From an uncultured Woeseiaceae bacterium (lineage in GTDB: Bacteria; Acidobacteriota; Vicinamibacteria; Vicinamibacterales; UBA823), in NCBI GenBank assembly GCA_964569695.1, contig CAZMUA010000012.1:2059-66058 (forward strand): 64,000 nt of DNA, given 5' to 3'. Shown here piece by piece: positions 9,605 to 21,026 of this stretch. Each line of letters opens with the position of its first letter. Within the stretch, counting starts at the first letter, position 1. Both the position numbers and the translations under genes were made by a program. The notes below the pieces were generated by a model that saw only the letters and a list, made by a program, of their open reading frames with translations, was not told where the DNA came from and searched no databases.

Positions 9605-10207
9605 ATGAATGACGAACGAGCACAATTGGTACCAATGGTTGTCGAGCAGACCAATCGAGGCGAGCGCGCTTATGATATTTTTTCTCGCCTCTTAAAAGAC
9701 GGTATCATTTTCATTGGTTCGGCGGTTGATGACACAGTAGCTAATCTTGTCATCGCACAGATGTTGTTTCTTGAAGCAGAGGATCCAAATCGAGATATTT
9801 TGCTGTACATCAATAGTCCTGGCGGCTCAATTTCTGCTGGTCTTGCAATTTATGACACCATGCAATTTATTAAACCAGATGTGCAAACTTATTGTATTGG
9901 GCAAGCAGCTTCAATGGCAGCTGTGCTACTAGCCGCGGGAACCAAAGATAAGAGATTTTCCCTACCAAATTCACGAATTGTGATTCATCAGCCATTAATG
10001 TCTGGGCTTGGCGGACAAGCAACAGACATTGATATTGCCGCCCGTGAAATTGTTCGAATTCGTGAACGGCTTAACAAAATTCTAGTTGAACACACGGGCC
10101 AGTCCATCAAACGTATCCAAACAGATACTGAGCGAGATTACATCATGTCAGCCGAACAGGCTCAGGAATACGGTATTATTGATGATGTCATCCGTAAGCG
10201 TGGTTAA
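9605..10207 (+). CDS. clpP: ATP-dependent Clp protease proteolytic subunit
   Basis: 200 aa with YINSPGGS, the catalytic-Ser context GQAASMAA and HQPL. Confidence 0.97.
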   Translation: MNDERAQLVPMVVEQTNRGERAYDIFSRLLKDGIIFIGSAVDDTVANLVIAQMLFLEAEDPNRDILLYINSPGGSISAGLAIYDTMQFIKPDVQTYCIGQAASMAAVLLAAGTKDKRFSLPNSRIVIHQPLMSGLGGQATDIDIAAREIVRIRERLNKILVEHTGQSIKRIQTDTERDYIMSAEQAQEYGIIDDVIRKRG

Positions 10208-10244
10208 CATATATTATTGATAGCTGATCATTCGAGTCTAAAAT

Positions 10245-11495
10245 ATGGTTAAGCAAGACGGCCAATCAGAAACTCCTCGGTGCTCGTTCTGCAACAAAGA
10301 TCAGAACGACGTTCGTAAACTCATTGCCGGCCCTAATGTCTTTATCTGCGATGAATGTATAGAGGTTTGTAATGACATCGTCGCGGATGACAATCAGTTC
10401 GAAACACACAGCACTTCTCGCCCTTCGCTTCCGGTGCCTACAGAAATTAAAAAATTCTTGGATGATTACGTTATTGGCCAGGAACAAACGAAGAAGAAAC
10501 TGGCTGTAGCGGTTTACAACCATTACAAGCGTATTGAAATCCAGCAACAGACGCGAAACAAAAAAGAAATCGAATTAACAAAATCGAACATTCTCTTAAT
10601 CGGTCCGACTGGGACTGGAAAAACGCTTCTAGCTCAAACTCTTGCCAAAATTTTGTCGGTTCCCTTTACCATCGTGGATGCTACCACGCTGACGGAAGCT
10701 GGTTATGTCGGTGAAGATGTCGAAAACATTATCCTCAAACTCCTTCAAGCAGCAGGTGGCGACATCGAAAAATGCCAACAAGGGATTATTTATGTAGACG
10801 AAGTCGATAAGATCTGCCGTAAAGACGAAAATCCTTCTATCACGCGAGATGTATCCGGAGAAGGTGTGCAACAGGCACTGTTGAAAATTATCGAAGGAAC
10901 AGTTGCTCATGTTCCTCCACAAGGTGGCCGAAAGCATCCACATCAAGAGTTTTTTCAGGTTGATACGACCAATATCCTCTTTATCTGTGGTGGTGCTTTT
11001 GTTGGATTGGACCGAATCATCCAAAACCGTATCGGTAAAAGCGGTCTAGGCTTTCATGCGGACGTCAAGTCGTTAGACAAAAGTGATATTGGATCAACTT
11101 TGGAGCGCATAGAGCCCAATGACTTAATTCGTTACGGACTGATTCCTGAATTCGTGGGCCGTTTACCGGTTGTCGGCACGCTCCATGAACTCGACAAACC
11201 TGCTTTGATTCAAATCCTCACACAACCTCGTAACGCTATTGCTCGGCAATACCAAAAACTCCTTGAATACGAGAACGTAAAACTTCGATTTACAGACGAT
11301 GCGCTTGACGCGATCGCTGATGCCACACTTGAGCGCAAAATTGGTGCACGCGGTCTTCGCATGATTATTGAAGACTTAATGCTCGATATCATGTACACGT
11401 TGCCAGGTGAAAAAAAGATCACCGAATGCGTGATCACCCGCGATGTAGTGCTCTCAAAGGAAAAACCTATTACAATGTATGAAAAGGCCGGCTGA
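10245..11495 (+). CDS. clpX: ATP-dependent Clp protease ATP-binding subunit ClpX
   Basis: N-terminal C4 zinc finger CSFC...CDEC, Walker A GPTGTGKT and Walker [10 protein letters not shown]. Confidence 0.97.
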   Translation: MVKQDGQSETPRCSFCNKDQNDVRKLIAGPNVFICDECIEVCNDIVADDNQFETHSTSRPSLPVPTEIKKFLDDYVIGQEQTKKKLAVAVYNHYKRIEIQQQTRNKKEIELTKSNILLIGPTGTGKTLLAQTLAKILSVPFTIVDATTLTEAGYVGEDVENIILKLLQAAGGDIEKCQQGIIYVDEVDKICRKDENPSITRDVSGEGVQQALLKIIEGTVAHVPPQGGRKHPHQEFFQVDTTNILFICGGAFVGLDRIIQNRIGKSGLGFHADVKSLDKSDIGSTLERIEPNDLIRYGLIPEFVGRLPVVGTLHELDKPALIQILTQPRNAIARQYQKLLEYENVKLRFTDDALDAIADATLERKIGARGLRMIIEDLMLDIMYTLPGEKKITECVITRDVVLSKEKPITMYEKAG

Positions 11496-11537
11496 ACAAG
11501 CGTCGGAAATTAATTCATTTCAGCGTAAATAGCCATT

Positions 11538-13922
11538 ATGGACACTTACGAAACGATTCCGATTGTTCCATTAAGAGACGTTGTCGTGTTTCCACACATG
11601 ATGATGCCGTTTGTAATCGGTCGACCATCGTCAACACGAGCACTGGAGCATTCCTTACTAGGAGATAAGCGTATCTTCCTAGCAGCGCAGCATGACGCGG
11701 CTAACGATGACCCCACCCCGAATGATATCTATACGATAGGCTGCGTCGCTAACATCGTGCAAAGCTTGAAATTACCAGATGGCAATATCAAGGTACTGGT
11801 CGAAGGTGTGGACCGAGCTCGCGTCTTGGAATGGAAAGAAGACAAAGGCTTTTACCGTGTTGAGATCAAGGTCATTGAAAAGCAAAACGAGGGCAATAGT
11901 GACGTCGAAGACACAATGAACCGAGTGATGTCCTTGTTCGAACAGTACGTCAAATTGTCGAACAACATGCACTACGACACTATGGTCGCGGCCGTAAGAG
12001 TAGATGACCCTGACAAACTCGCCGATACTATTTCGGCGAACTTGGTTTTAAGTGTTGACGACAAGCAGAATCTTCTGGAAATCATTTCTCCGCTTGACCG
12101 CCTGAATCGTATTATCAGCCTCCTTGAGACCGAGGTTGATAAATTACAAGTCGACCGACGCGTTCAATCTCGCGTAAAAAAACAAATGGAGAAGGCACAG
12201 AAAGAATATTACTTAAACGAGAAAATGAAAGCGATCCAGAAAGAACTGGGACGCAAAGAAGACAAGGGTAACGAAATAGACCAACTTAAGGAAAAGATAG
12301 AAGAATCGAAAATGCCTAAGGAGGTGGCGGAAAAGGCGACGCAAGAACTTGAACGACTTGAAGCCATGCCACCCATGTCTGCCGAGGCAACCGTCTCTCG
12401 AAATTACCTTGACTGGCTAATTGCAGTGCCGTGGCATAAACGATCACGGGAAAGTCGAAACTTAAAACGGGCAGAAAAGATTCTCAATGAAGACCATTAT
12501 GGTCTTGAGAAAATCAAGGATCGCATTCTTGAGTTTCTCGCCGTTCGTACTCTCGTAAAGAAGCCTAAGGGCACCATTCTGACTTTTGCCGGACCGCCTG
12601 GGGTTGGTAAAACATCTCTTGCCAAGTCAATTGCGCGTGCAACTAATCGAAAGTTCGTGCGTCTCTCACTAGGCGGCGTACGTGATGAAGCCGAAATTCG
12701 CGGACACCGACGCACCTACATCGGTGCGTTCCCTGGTCAAGTCATACAGATGATGAAGAAGGCCGGCACTGTGAACCCTGTTTTTTTGCTAGACGAAATT
12801 GACAAAATGTCTATGGATTTTCGAGGCGATCCATCGTCGGCGCTGCTTGAAGTGCTGGACCCAGAACAAAACCACACATTCCTCGATCATTATCTGGACG
12901 TTGAATTCGATTTATCTAATGTGATGTTTATATGCACTGCGAACGTGATGCATACTGTGCCACAAGCGTTACGCGACCGAATGGAAGTGCTACAACTGGC
13001 CGGTTATACGGAATTAGAAAAAATCGAAATTGCACGACGGTTCCTATCGCCCAAGGCATTACCAGCGGCTGGCCTAAGTAAAAAGAATATTGTCTTTAAT
13101 GATGAATCGTTTCAAAAGATCATCCAGCGATACACTCGTGAAGCGGGCGTCCGCAACCTAGAGCGAGAAATTTCGTCGGTCTGCCGTAAAGTTGCCCGTA
13201 AGGTTGTTCTTACAGGTAAATCGTTTTACGAAGAAATCTCAGCTGACAAAATTACTGAGTATCTTGGTGTGCCACGATTTAGACCTTCTATGGCCGAAGA
13301 ACAAAATGAGGTTGGAGTTGCCACGGGTTTGGCGTGGACGGAGTCTGGTGGTGAACTATTGGTAACCGAAGCAACGCTCATGTCTGGACGTGGTCGACTA
13401 ACGTTAACAGGTAAGCTAGGCGACGTTATGCAGGAATCAGCTCAAGCAGCTATGAGTTATGTTCGTTCCACAGCTCAAGAAATTGGCATAACGCGTGATT
13501 TTCATCGTCGAACCGACGTGCATATCCACGTTCCGGAGGGAGCAATCCCGAAGGACGGTCCCTCGGCTGGCATCACTCTGGCAACAGCACTAGTCTCAGC
13601 GCTGGCAAACGTGAAAACACGTCGCGACGTCGCCATGACTGGTGAGATCACCCTCCGCGGCAAAGTGCTGCCAATTGGAGGCGTTAAGGAGAAGGTGCTG
13701 GCCGCTCACCGTGCCGGATTAAAAGATATTATCCTTCCAAAAGATAATGAGAAGGATCTAAGCGACATCCCGAAGAATGTATTGGACACGCTCAACTTGT
13801 ATATGGTCGAAACAATGGACGAAGTGTTAAAAATCGCCATGTCAGAGCCGCTGCAGTCCAACCTGTCTGCGGATGCCAGTGGAGAAACTAAACCCGTGTC
13901 TGATGACACGATAACGCATTAA
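11538..13922 (+). CDS. lon: Lon protease (LonA)
   Basis: 794 aa. LON N-domain, Walker [10 protein letters not shown], catalytic Ser in KDGPSAG and Lys in GGVKEK. Confidence 0.97.
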   Translation: MDTYETIPIVPLRDVVVFPHMMMPFVIGRPSSTRALEHSLLGDKRIFLAAQHDAANDDPTPNDIYTIGCVANIVQSLKLPDGNIKVLVEGVDRARVLEWKEDKGFYRVEIKVIEKQNEGNSDVEDTMNRVMSLFEQYVKLSNNMHYDTMVAAVRVDDPDKLADTISANLVLSVDDKQNLLEIISPLDRLNRIISLLETEVDKLQVDRRVQSRVKKQMEKAQKEYYLNEKMKAIQKELGRKEDKGNEIDQLKEKIEESKMPKEVAEKATQELERLEAMPPMSAEATVSRNYLDWLIAVPWHKRSRESRNLKRAEKILNEDHYGLEKIKDRILEFLAVRTLVKKPKGTILTFAGPPGVGKTSLAKSIARATNRKFVRLSLGGVRDEAEIRGHRRTYIGAFPGQVIQMMKKAGTVNPVFLLDEIDKMSMDFRGDPSSALLEVLDPEQNHTFLDHYLDVEFDLSNVMFICTANVMHTVPQALRDRMEVLQLAGYTELEKIEIARRFLSPKALPAAGLSKKNIVFNDESFQKIIQRYTREAGVRNLEREISSVCRKVARKVVLTGKSFYEEISADKITEYLGVPRFRPSMAEEQNEVGVATGLAWTESGGELLVTEATLMSGRGRLTLTGKLGDVMQESAQAAMSYVRSTAQEIGITRDFHRRTDVHIHVPEGAIPKDGPSAGITLATALVSALANVKTRRDVAMTGEITLRGKVLPIGGVKEKVLAAHRAGLKDIILPKDNEKDLSDIPKNVLDTLNLYMVETMDEVLKIAMSEPLQSNLSADASGETKPVSDDTITH

Positions 13923-13990
13923 TTCAAGCCTAGACGACACAAGGAAGCCACTGGCCTGGAGATTCGTCTCGGTTCTAGTGAGTATCTTCG

Positions 13991-14632
13991 GTGAAGATCG
14001 TTTCAGCCGAATTTGTAACGAGCGCCTGTGACAACACCGGCTTACCGAAGCCGGCTGAGCCACAGGTAGTATTCGTGGGCCGTTCAAACGTCGGGAAGTC
14101 AAGCCTAATTAATGCTTTGGCGTGTCGTCGAGTTGCGCGAACAAGTCGTGTTCCTGGTAAGACTCGACTGATCAACGTCTACAAGTTACGTTTAGCGCAA
14201 ACAGGACAAGGCCTACCTTCAATACACCTTTTAGATTTACCTGGATATGGATTCTCACGAGGTAGTCGAAACCAAGCTACAAGTTTTGCTGAACTCACGG
14301 ATTCCTATTTCGGACAGTTTACTGCTAACAGAAAGGTACAAACGCGTTCCGTGGAACAGCGGCATGAGGCCAACGTGATGTTATTAATTGACAGTCGTCA
14401 TCTAGGTCTCGCTTCTGACTTAGACGCGCTAGATTGGTTACGCAGCCAGGGTTGCCGCACTGTAGTCATCGGTACAAAAGTCGATACATTATCTCGCGCA
14501 CAGCGCAACCGAGCTGACAAAGCACTGGAAGAATCTTTCGGCACCTCGGGACTGTTTGTTTCGGCTAAGACCGGTAAAGGAATGAACGAACTGTGGAAAA
14601 CAATTATCGCAATGAACACTCCTCAACCATGA
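13991..14632 (+). CDS. engB: Ribosome-biogenesis GTPase YihA/EngB
   Basis: G1 [10 protein letters not shown]3 DLPGYG, G4 TKVD. GTG start. The lon-engB linkage is common. Confidence 0.9.
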   Translation: MKIVSAEFVTSACDNTGLPKPAEPQVVFVGRSNVGKSSLINALACRRVARTSRVPGKTRLINVYKLRLAQTGQGLPSIHLLDLPGYGFSRGSRNQATSFAELTDSYFGQFTANRKVQTRSVEQRHEANVMLLIDSRHLGLASDLDALDWLRSQGCRTVVIGTKVDTLSRAQRNRADKALEESFGTSGLFVSAKTGKGMNELWKTIIAMNTPQP

Positions 14633-15813
14633 CCACAAGACAAAAACGAGACAGCAATACGGCCGAAGGTATACTTGAGAAACTTCCTGATGGGTTCGGA
14701 TTCCTTCGGACCCCCGCTTCGAACTACCTGCCAGGACCTCAAGATGTTTATCTCTCTAAAACCCAAATCACAAAGTTAGAGCTGCAAACAGGTGACATCA
14801 TCTCAGGGCAAGTGCGACAAGCGAGGAACGGGGAGCGGTACGCATCAATATCAAAAATACATACGGTTAATTTTGAACCACCGGAACGAGTACATCAACG
14901 CCTACTATTCGAAAACCTGACGCCTCTTTATCCAGATAAGCAGCTTTCCCTCGAAACCACATCTGAAGATCTATCTTCTCGAGTTTTGGATCTTATGGTG
15001 CCAATCGGAAAAGGCCAGCGCGGTCTCATCGTTGCAGCACCACGCACTGGGAAGACAATGTTGCTACAGAATATTGCACATGGCGTCGCCACTAATCATC
15101 CTGATGCTCATTTAATTGTGATGTTGATCGACGAGCGACCAGAGGAAGTCACTGACATGCAGCGGTCAGTACGTGGAGAGGTTGTCGCGTCTACCTTCGA
15201 CGAACCTTCCCAGCGACACATTCAGGTAGCTGAAATCGTTCTTGAAAAAGCGAAGCGGCTTGTTGAGCATCGTCAAGATGTCGTAATTTTACTTGATTCA
15301 ATTACGCGTCTAGCCCGCGCATATAATTCTACGATTGCATCCTCTCGTAAGGTTTTATCCGGAGGTATTGACAGCAACGCTCTCCAACGCCCGAAGCGTT
15401 TCTTTGGCGCCGCACGAAATGTAGAACAAGGTGGCTCACTGACAATGATTGCCACTGCCCTTGTTGACACAGGATCGCGCATGGATGATGTTATTTTCGA
15501 GGAATTTAAGGGTACAGGTAACCTTGAAATTCATCTTGACCGTAAACTTGCAGACCGAAGGATATATCCGTCGATCGACGTGCAAAAGAGTGGCACTCGC
15601 AAGGAAGAGCTCCTCATTGCTCCAGACCAATTGCAAAAGATTTGGGTTCTTCGGAAGGTATTGAATCCGCTTGAACCTCAAGATTGTATGGAAATGTTGC
15701 TTAGCAAGATGGGAAAGACAAAGAATAACGAAGAATTTCTAGCATCGATTTCTAAGATGAATGGAGCGAACACAAACACCATAGAACACAGATCGAGGCG
15801 CACACGCGTCTAG
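14629..15813 (+). CDS. rho: Transcription termination factor Rho (N-terminal helix bundle absent)
   Basis: OB/CSD motif PDGFGFLR at residues ~20-27, Walker A APRTGKT, and conserved Q/R-loop region. ATG at 14629 overlaps the engB TGA (ATGA). The track's GTG at 14593 would add only 12 residues. Confidence 0.93.
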   Translation: MTTRQKRDSNTAEGILEKLPDGFGFLRTPASNYLPGPQDVYLSKTQITKLELQTGDIISGQVRQARNGERYASISKIHTVNFEPPERVHQRLLFENLTPLYPDKQLSLETTSEDLSSRVLDLMVPIGKGQRGLIVAAPRTGKTMLLQNIAHGVATNHPDAHLIVMLIDERPEEVTDMQRSVRGEVVASTFDEPSQRHIQVAEIVLEKAKRLVEHRQDVVILLDSITRLARAYNSTIASSRKVLSGGIDSNALQRPKRFFGAARNVEQGGSLTMIATALVDTGSRMDDVIFEEFKGTGNLEIHLDRKLADRRIYPSIDVQKSGTRKEELLIAPDQLQKIWVLRKVLNPLEPQDCMEMLLSKMGKTKNNEEFLASISKMNGANTNTIEHRSRRTRV

Positions 15814-15865
15814 TGAGCATCGTCATGCTATAATATTAACTTCACCGACGTCGGAAGGAGAACAC

Positions 15866-16126
15866 TTGAAGGAAGGGATCCATCCTAAGTACTACGAAGT
15901 CGAGGCCCGCTGTGCTTGTGGCGCAACGTGGAATACTCGTTCGACAAAGCCCGAACTGCGTTTGGAAATCTGCTCCAATTGTCATCCGTTCTTTACTGGA
16001 AAACAGAAGCTGGTTGACACAGAAGGCCGCGTTGAGCGTTTCACGAAGAAGTACGGAGCTCAAACGGTCGAAAATCAAAAGAAACTTCGCACTGCACGCA
16101 AGAAAGATAAAGCCAAGTCAGCATGA
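15866..16126 (+). CDS. rpmE: 50S ribosomal protein L31 (Zn-binding type)
   Basis: [12 protein letters not shown]...CACG...[15 protein letters not shown] start preceded by GGAAGGAG. Has a lysine-rich C-terminal tail. Confidence 0.95.
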   Translation: MKEGIHPKYYEVEARCACGATWNTRSTKPELRLEICSNCHPFFTGKQKLVDTEGRVERFTKKYGAQTVENQKKLRTARKKDKAKSA

Positions 16127-16197
16127 GTGGTATCGATTGCTGGAACGACTAGCAATTGTCCCGTTTGATCTACACGTACAACCTTAAAGAGTGATTA

Positions 16198-16983
16198 TTA
16201 AATCAGTGAACGAGACTGACAACCATCGACCGTAATACAGGCTCCACTCACCCAACTTGCTCGTTCAGACGCAAGAAACGCAACCACCTGCCCAACCTCG
16301 TCGGCTTGTCCAAATCGACCAAACGGTAATTCATGTTCAATAAATTTTGCCATACCCTCAGGATCTTCTTGTTGGCGTCTGTACCATGAACCACCTGGAA
16401 AGGAGATCGAACCCGGCGCCACACTATTAACGCGTATGCCGTCAGGCGCGAGTTGCCTAGCCATAGATTTGGCTAAACTCACTTCGGCCGCCTTGACGGC
16501 ATTGTAAGTCATCCGTCCACCTGATTCACGTCCCCAAATCGACGCAATCATTATGATCGCACCACGACCAGCCCGACGCATGTGAGGCACGGCTAGTCGC
16601 GATGCTCGAATGGCGGGATACAATGTAAAGTCCAGTGCGTCACGCCAGTCCTCATCGGTAGTCTGCACAATATCTCCACCACCAGCTTGGCCGACATTGT
16701 TAACAAGCACATCTAAACGACCAAATCTCGCAATTGAACTATTAATTACTGTGGCAATGCCATCTGTTGTGGCTACATCGGCTGGAATAGCGAACACCAT
16801 ATCTGATTGACCAGCTACTTCTTGTAACTCTTGTTCAGCTTTGGCTAATTGATCAGTTGTTCGCGCACAAATACATACTCGACATCCTTCCGTTACCAAC
16901 ACACGAGCACTTGCAAAACCTAGGCCTCGACTCGAGCCCGTTATGACTGCAACCTTATCTTTTAGTTCGAGATCCATGCTCAT
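16198..16983 (-). CDS. Short-chain dehydrogenase/reductase (FabG-like SDR)
   Basis: Cofactor motif TGSSRGLG, NNVG, and catalytic Y-x3-K (YNAVKAA). Confidence 0.9.
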   Translation of the reverse strand: MSMDLELKDKVAVITGSSRGLGFASARVLVTEGCRVCICARTTDQLAKAEQELQEVAGQSDMVFAIPADVATTDGIATVINSSIARFGRLDVLVNNVGQAGGGDIVQTTDEDWRDALDFTLYPAIRASRLAVPHMRRAGRGAIIMIASIWGRESGGRMTYNAVKAAEVSLAKSMARQLAPDGIRVNSVAPGSISFPGGSWYRRQQEDPEGMAKFIEHELPFGRFGQADEVGQVVAFLASERASWVSGACITVDGCQSRSLI

Positions 16984-17091
16984 ACCAATCTACGAAAAGC
17001 ATTGAGATATTCTTAGCTATCTACCTCTACATAAAAATGGGCCGCCACCATCACAGGTAACGGCCCAGTTGTGCCTGTTAACGTAAGCCTA

Positions 17092-19863
17092 TTAGGCGCA
17101 ACCACTAGTGGTACCGCAGTTATTACATTTGTAACAACTGCCGCTGCGCACCATAATGGCGCCGCACATGGAACAGGGTGGTGCATCCTCTTGATTCTGA
17201 ATGGCCGCAAATGTTGCTGAGTTCTTCTCTGAATCAACGCTTAATTCGTTAACCGGCGGCTCTAATTCGTCAGCCTTAAGCTCATCAGGCTTATCACTAT
17301 TTACCCCGGCGTTAAACTGGGCTCCCGGCGAGAGAAACTTTGTGGCTAGCCATCTAAATATATAATCCACTATCGACTTAGCAAATCTCACTTCTGGGTT
17401 CTTCGACATGCCAGAAGGCTCAAAACGTACATGACTGAATTTGTCGACAAGGACCTGCAGCGGTACGCCGTACTGTAACGCGTAAGAAACTGCTTGGGCA
17501 AAAGCATCGGCAAATCCTGAAATAGTCGATCCTTCCTTAGCCATTACGAGAAAGATTTCTCCCGGTGATCCATCTTCAAATAACCCGACGGTGATATAAC
17601 CCTCGTGGCCTGCAATGTCGAACTTATGTGTAATAGCGTCACGTTCTTCAGGCAGTCGACGACGTACTGGCTGTCCAACAAGCTGCTCAATACCGTCAAT
17701 CATCTCCTTTTGACCGTCACGCGATGTGTTCAATGGCTGTGTTCGCTTGCTCCCGTCTCGGTAGATCGATACAGCCTTAGTACCCAGACGCCAAGCATCA
17801 ATATAAGCTTGCTGAATTTCCTCAACCGTTGCTTCCTTTGGAACATTAACCGTTTTCGAAATAGCACCTGAAATAAATGGTTGGGTCGCGCCAATCATTC
17901 GAATGTGGCCCATGTAGTGAATGGAACGCTCACCACTTGCCGGTTTGAAGGCACAATCGAAGACAGGTAGATCTTTTTCCTTGAGATGTGGTGCGCCTTC
18001 AATGGTTTCATGTTCATCGATGAATGCACTGATCTCTTGAATCTGATCCTCTTCATACCCAAGCTTAGCTAACGCCATCGGTACTGTTTGGTTCACTATC
18101 TTCATCATCCCGCCGCCGACGAGTTTCTTATACTTAACCAATGCAATATCTGGCTCGACACCGGTGGTATCACAGTCCATCATGAAGCCAATAGTTCCTG
18201 TCGGCGCCAGCACAGTCGCTTGAGCGTTACGGTAACCGAATTCCTCTCCCAGCTCGACAGCATCGTCCCACGCTTCTTTCGCTGCAGCATACAAACTACT
18301 CGAGACGTTGGTCCTATCGATATCCTTCAGAGAATTACGGTGCTTCCGCATTACTCGCACGAATGGTTCGGCATTATCAGCGTATCCGGCAAACGCTCCA
18401 CCCTGATCTCTGGCAATGCGTGCAGACTGAGCATACGCCTCACCTGTCATGAGGGCCGTGATGGTTGCCGCATAATCACGACCGGCTTGACTATCGTAGG
18501 GCAATCCTCGCGCCATGAGTAACGCTCCAAGATTGGCATAGCCTAAACCGAGTGGCCGATAGTCATGACTATTACGCTCGATGGCCTTACTCGGATAGCT
18601 CGCACTATCAACAATAATTTCTTGCGCTGTAATTAACGTCCGGACGGCCGCACTAAAATCGCTAGCGACAAAATCACCACGCTCATCCACAAATTTCATC
18701 AAATTTAGTGATGCCAGATTACATGCAGAATCATCTAAAAACATGTACTCCGAGCAGGGATTCGACGCGTTAATGCGTGCCGTGTTGGGACAAGTATGCC
18801 AATCATTTACAGTCGTATCGAATTGCATACCTGGGTCACCGCAGATGTGTGTAGCACTGGCGATTTGACTCATCAGGTCTGACGCACGATACGTGTCCAT
18901 AACACTGTTATCGCGAACAGCTCGAGTCTGCCATTCCCCATCGTCAAGAACAGCCCGCATAAAACCATCCGTTACGCGAACACTATTATTGGAATTCTGA
19001 AAAAACACTGAAGAGTACGCTGGTCCTGTAAACGAACCATCATAACCAGCGTCGATAAGCGCCCAGGCCTTTCGCTCTTCTTCCACCTTGCAATTAATAA
19101 AAGTTTCAATGTCTGGATGATCAGCGTTCAAAATTACCATTTTGGCAGCACGTCGTGTTTTACCGCCAGACTTGATGACACCAGCGAAGGCATCATAACC
19201 TTTCATAAAGGACACTGGACCTGAAGCCGTACCACCACCAGCCAGCACTTCCCTTGATGAGCGAATCGATGAAAGGTTTGAACCGGTTCCGGAACCAAAC
19301 TTGAACAGCATTCCCTCAGTCTTCGCTAAGGTCAAAATGGATTCCATAGTGTCTTGGACTGAGTTGATGAAACATGCCGAGCACTGCGGAGCTTTCTCAA
19401 AACCACAATTAAACCAAACGGGGCTGTTAAAAGCGGCCTTCTGTTGAACCAATAAGTGCTTCAGGTCGTCACTGAAGGCCTGTAAATCGTCTTCGGTCGC
19501 AAAGTAGCGCTTCACTCTAGCCCACTCTGTGATGGTGTCGACAACGCGACCAATGAGCTGTCTGACGCTTTGTTCACGTTCTGGAGTTTCTAGCTGTCCC
19601 CGAAAATATTTCGACACCACAATGTTCGTCGCCTGTTGCGACCAAAACGTTGGTATCTCGACATCACGCTGTTCGAATACAAGTTCACCATGTTCGTTCC
19701 CGATAGTTGCCGATCTTTGTTCCCACGCTATCTCATCGAAGGGGTCAACACTCTCGCGACTAAATACGCGTGAAAACTGAAGGCCTGATTGCGGCGCGTC
19801 TGATCGTGGCGCTGAAACCTGCGCATCATTAACGTCCGTTTGCTGCGCAGTGCCTCTATCCAT
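17092..19863 (-). CDS. nrdJ: Adenosylcobalamin-dependent (class II) ribonucleotide reductase
   Basis: 923 aa. RNR active-site region SNPCSEYMFLDDSACNLASLNL, VLAPTGTIGFMMDCDTTGVEP, and a C-terminal zinc ribbon CSMC...CNNC. GGAGG lies 7 nt upstream of the ATG. Confidence 0.93.
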   Translation of the reverse strand: MDRGTAQQTDVNDAQVSAPRSDAPQSGLQFSRVFSRESVDPFDEIAWEQRSATIGNEHGELVFEQRDVEIPTFWSQQATNIVVSKYFRGQLETPEREQSVRQLIGRVVDTITEWARVKRYFATEDDLQAFSDDLKHLLVQQKAAFNSPVWFNCGFEKAPQCSACFINSVQDTMESILTLAKTEGMLFKFGSGTGSNLSSIRSSREVLAGGGTASGPVSFMKGYDAFAGVIKSGGKTRRAAKMVILNADHPDIETFINCKVEEERKAWALIDAGYDGSFTGPAYSSVFFQNSNNSVRVTDGFMRAVLDDGEWQTRAVRDNSVMDTYRASDLMSQIASATHICGDPGMQFDTTVNDWHTCPNTARINASNPCSEYMFLDDSACNLASLNLMKFVDERGDFVASDFSAAVRTLITAQEIIVDSASYPSKAIERNSHDYRPLGLGYANLGALLMARGLPYDSQAGRDYAATITALMTGEAYAQSARIARDQGGAFAGYADNAEPFVRVMRKHRNSLKDIDRTNVSSSLYAAAKEAWDDAVELGEEFGYRNAQATVLAPTGTIGFMMDCDTTGVEPDIALVKYKKLVGGGMMKIVNQTVPMALAKLGYEEDQIQEISAFIDEHETIEGAPHLKEKDLPVFDCAFKPASGERSIHYMGHIRMIGATQPFISGAISKTVNVPKEATVEEIQQAYIDAWRLGTKAVSIYRDGSKRTQPLNTSRDGQKEMIDGIEQLVGQPVRRRLPEERDAITHKFDIAGHEGYITVGLFEDGSPGEIFLVMAKEGSTISGFADAFAQAVSYALQYGVPLQVLVDKFSHVRFEPSGMSKNPEVRFAKSIVDYIFRWLATKFLSPGAQFNAGVNSDKPDELKADELEPPVNELSVDSEKNSATFAAIQNQEDAPPCSMCGAIMVRSGSCYKCNNCGTTSGCA

Positions 19864-20061
19864 AACTGGCCTCCAAATACTAAAGACCGCCTCGCCCCAA
19901 AGGTCGGCCTAGATCTAATTTAAGAATTACTTATCTCGAACTTCTACTACTCAATTTATGACTTCACAGCCGGGTCGAGAACCTGGGATTCTCTCGGCGA
20001 GCCTGATCAGCCCTCAGGCGCTCAACTATGTGTCCTGTCTATCGGTTTGTCAAGATAGAAA

Positions 20062-20109
20062 CTACAAGATATGGTGTCATCTTTTTAGGACAGACGCTAG
20101 ATGTTGAGA
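20062..20109. promoter_or_regulatory. Candidate tandem NrdR boxes upstream of nrdJ
   Basis: CTACAAGATATGGTGT (20062-20077) matches 12 of 16 positions of the acaCwAtATaTwGtgt consensus. ACGCTAGATGTTGAGA (20094-20109) matches 11 of 16. The boxes are offset by 32 bp (about three helical turns) and lie 200-245 nt upstream of the nrdJ ATG. Confidence 0.45.
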
Positions 20110-20222
20110 AAATAGCCATTTTTAAGGTTTCTTTCACCAGCGTTCAAGGGCGTTATTTTCTGATTATTTGTTTTCGGTCCACCAGGCTACGCTCCATGAA
20201 ATCGCTATGATAAAGTCCTGCC

Positions 20223-21014
20223 GTGCTGACTGACAAGGACTCCCCTTCAAGCAAGTTTACCTTATTCAAAAACCGCCGAGGGTACATTGGAAACCTACGC
20301 ATTGATGACCAGGAATCCTCTCATCTGACCAAACGTTTCATAGCACTCGTCGAGGTGATCCTTTGTTCGGGTTTTCCCACACAGCTACTACTCGTTCAAG
20401 TAATGACAGTGATCGGACTTCAACCGTTCGAAACAGATGGCAGTCTTGCAATGAATTACGTCGTGGTATTGTCGTTAGCCGATGCAGTCGTACTAGTGAT
20501 GTTAATCCTGTGGTTGCTAGCACTCCATGGGGAAAGCCCTAGCAATCTCTTCCTAGGCTCACGACGAATCGTACGGGAATTTAGGTTCAGCCTACTGCTT
20601 ATCCCACTTGTTTTATTCCTTGTAGTCGCTGCTTCAGCCAGCCTCCAACACTTCGCACCGTGGCTTCATAACGTGCCGGAAAACCCCTACGAGTCTTTAA
20701 TTCAAACGACCTCAGACGCTTCTATCTTCGCGCTCGTGGCCATCATAGCAGGCGGGGTACGCGAGGAGATCCAGCGTGCGTTCATCCTTTGTCGTTTCGA
20801 GCGGTATCTGGGAGGAAGCGCTACGGGCGTAATCCTTTTTAGTCTAGTCTTTGGAGCAGCGCATCTAATCCAAGGCTGGGACGCTGCAATTATCACAGCT
20901 CTACTTGGTGCTCTGTGGAGTATCGTCTATCTTAAAAGAAGAAGCATCATCGCCCCGATTGTTAGCCACGCTTCCTTCAACGTTATCCAGATTATCCATT
21001 CCCTGATTAGTTGA
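20223..21014 (+). CDS. CPBP family intramembrane glutamic endopeptidase (CAAX protease-like)
   Basis: Multi-TM protein with the three family motifs REEIQRAF (EExxxR), FGAAHLIQG (FxxxH) and SHASFNV (HxxxN). GTG start. Confidence 0.85.
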   Translation: MLTDKDSPSSKFTLFKNRRGYIGNLRIDDQESSHLTKRFIALVEVILCSGFPTQLLLVQVMTVIGLQPFETDGSLAMNYVVVLSLADAVVLVMLILWLLALHGESPSNLFLGSRRIVREFRFSLLLIPLVLFLVVAASASLQHFAPWLHNVPENPYESLIQTTSDASIFALVAIIAGGVREEIQRAFILCRFERYLGGSATGVILFSLVFGAAHLIQGWDAAIITALLGALWSIVYLKRRSIIAPIVSHASFNVIQIIHSLIS

Positions 21015-21026
21015 GTAACTCGTTGG

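Noticed and set aside
16136-16156. Hairpin ATTGCTGG-AACGA-CTAGCAAT between the convergent rpmE and SDR genes, as a possible bidirectional terminator.
   Set aside because: The stem is AT-rich (8 bp including one G-U pair) and is not followed by a T-tract on either strand. The evidence is too weak to call an intrinsic terminator.
17013-17237. 74-aa minus-strand ORF overlapping the nrdJ 3' end.
   Set aside because: It is an alternative frame of the nrdJ zinc-ribbon region with no independent support.
18088-18522. 144-aa ORF antisense to nrdJ. A similar 143-aa ORF at 56201..56632 is antisense to uvrA.
   Set aside because: Both lie inside strongly conserved genes on the opposite strand. No independent signals.
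19864-20222. Possible cobalamin riboswitch in the long nrdJ leader.
   Set aside because: I could not find a B12-box-like element or the conserved riboswitch core on the nrdJ-sense strand. Only a short hairpin is present (CGAGAGAATCCCAGGTTCTCG). NrdR-type boxes explain the region better.
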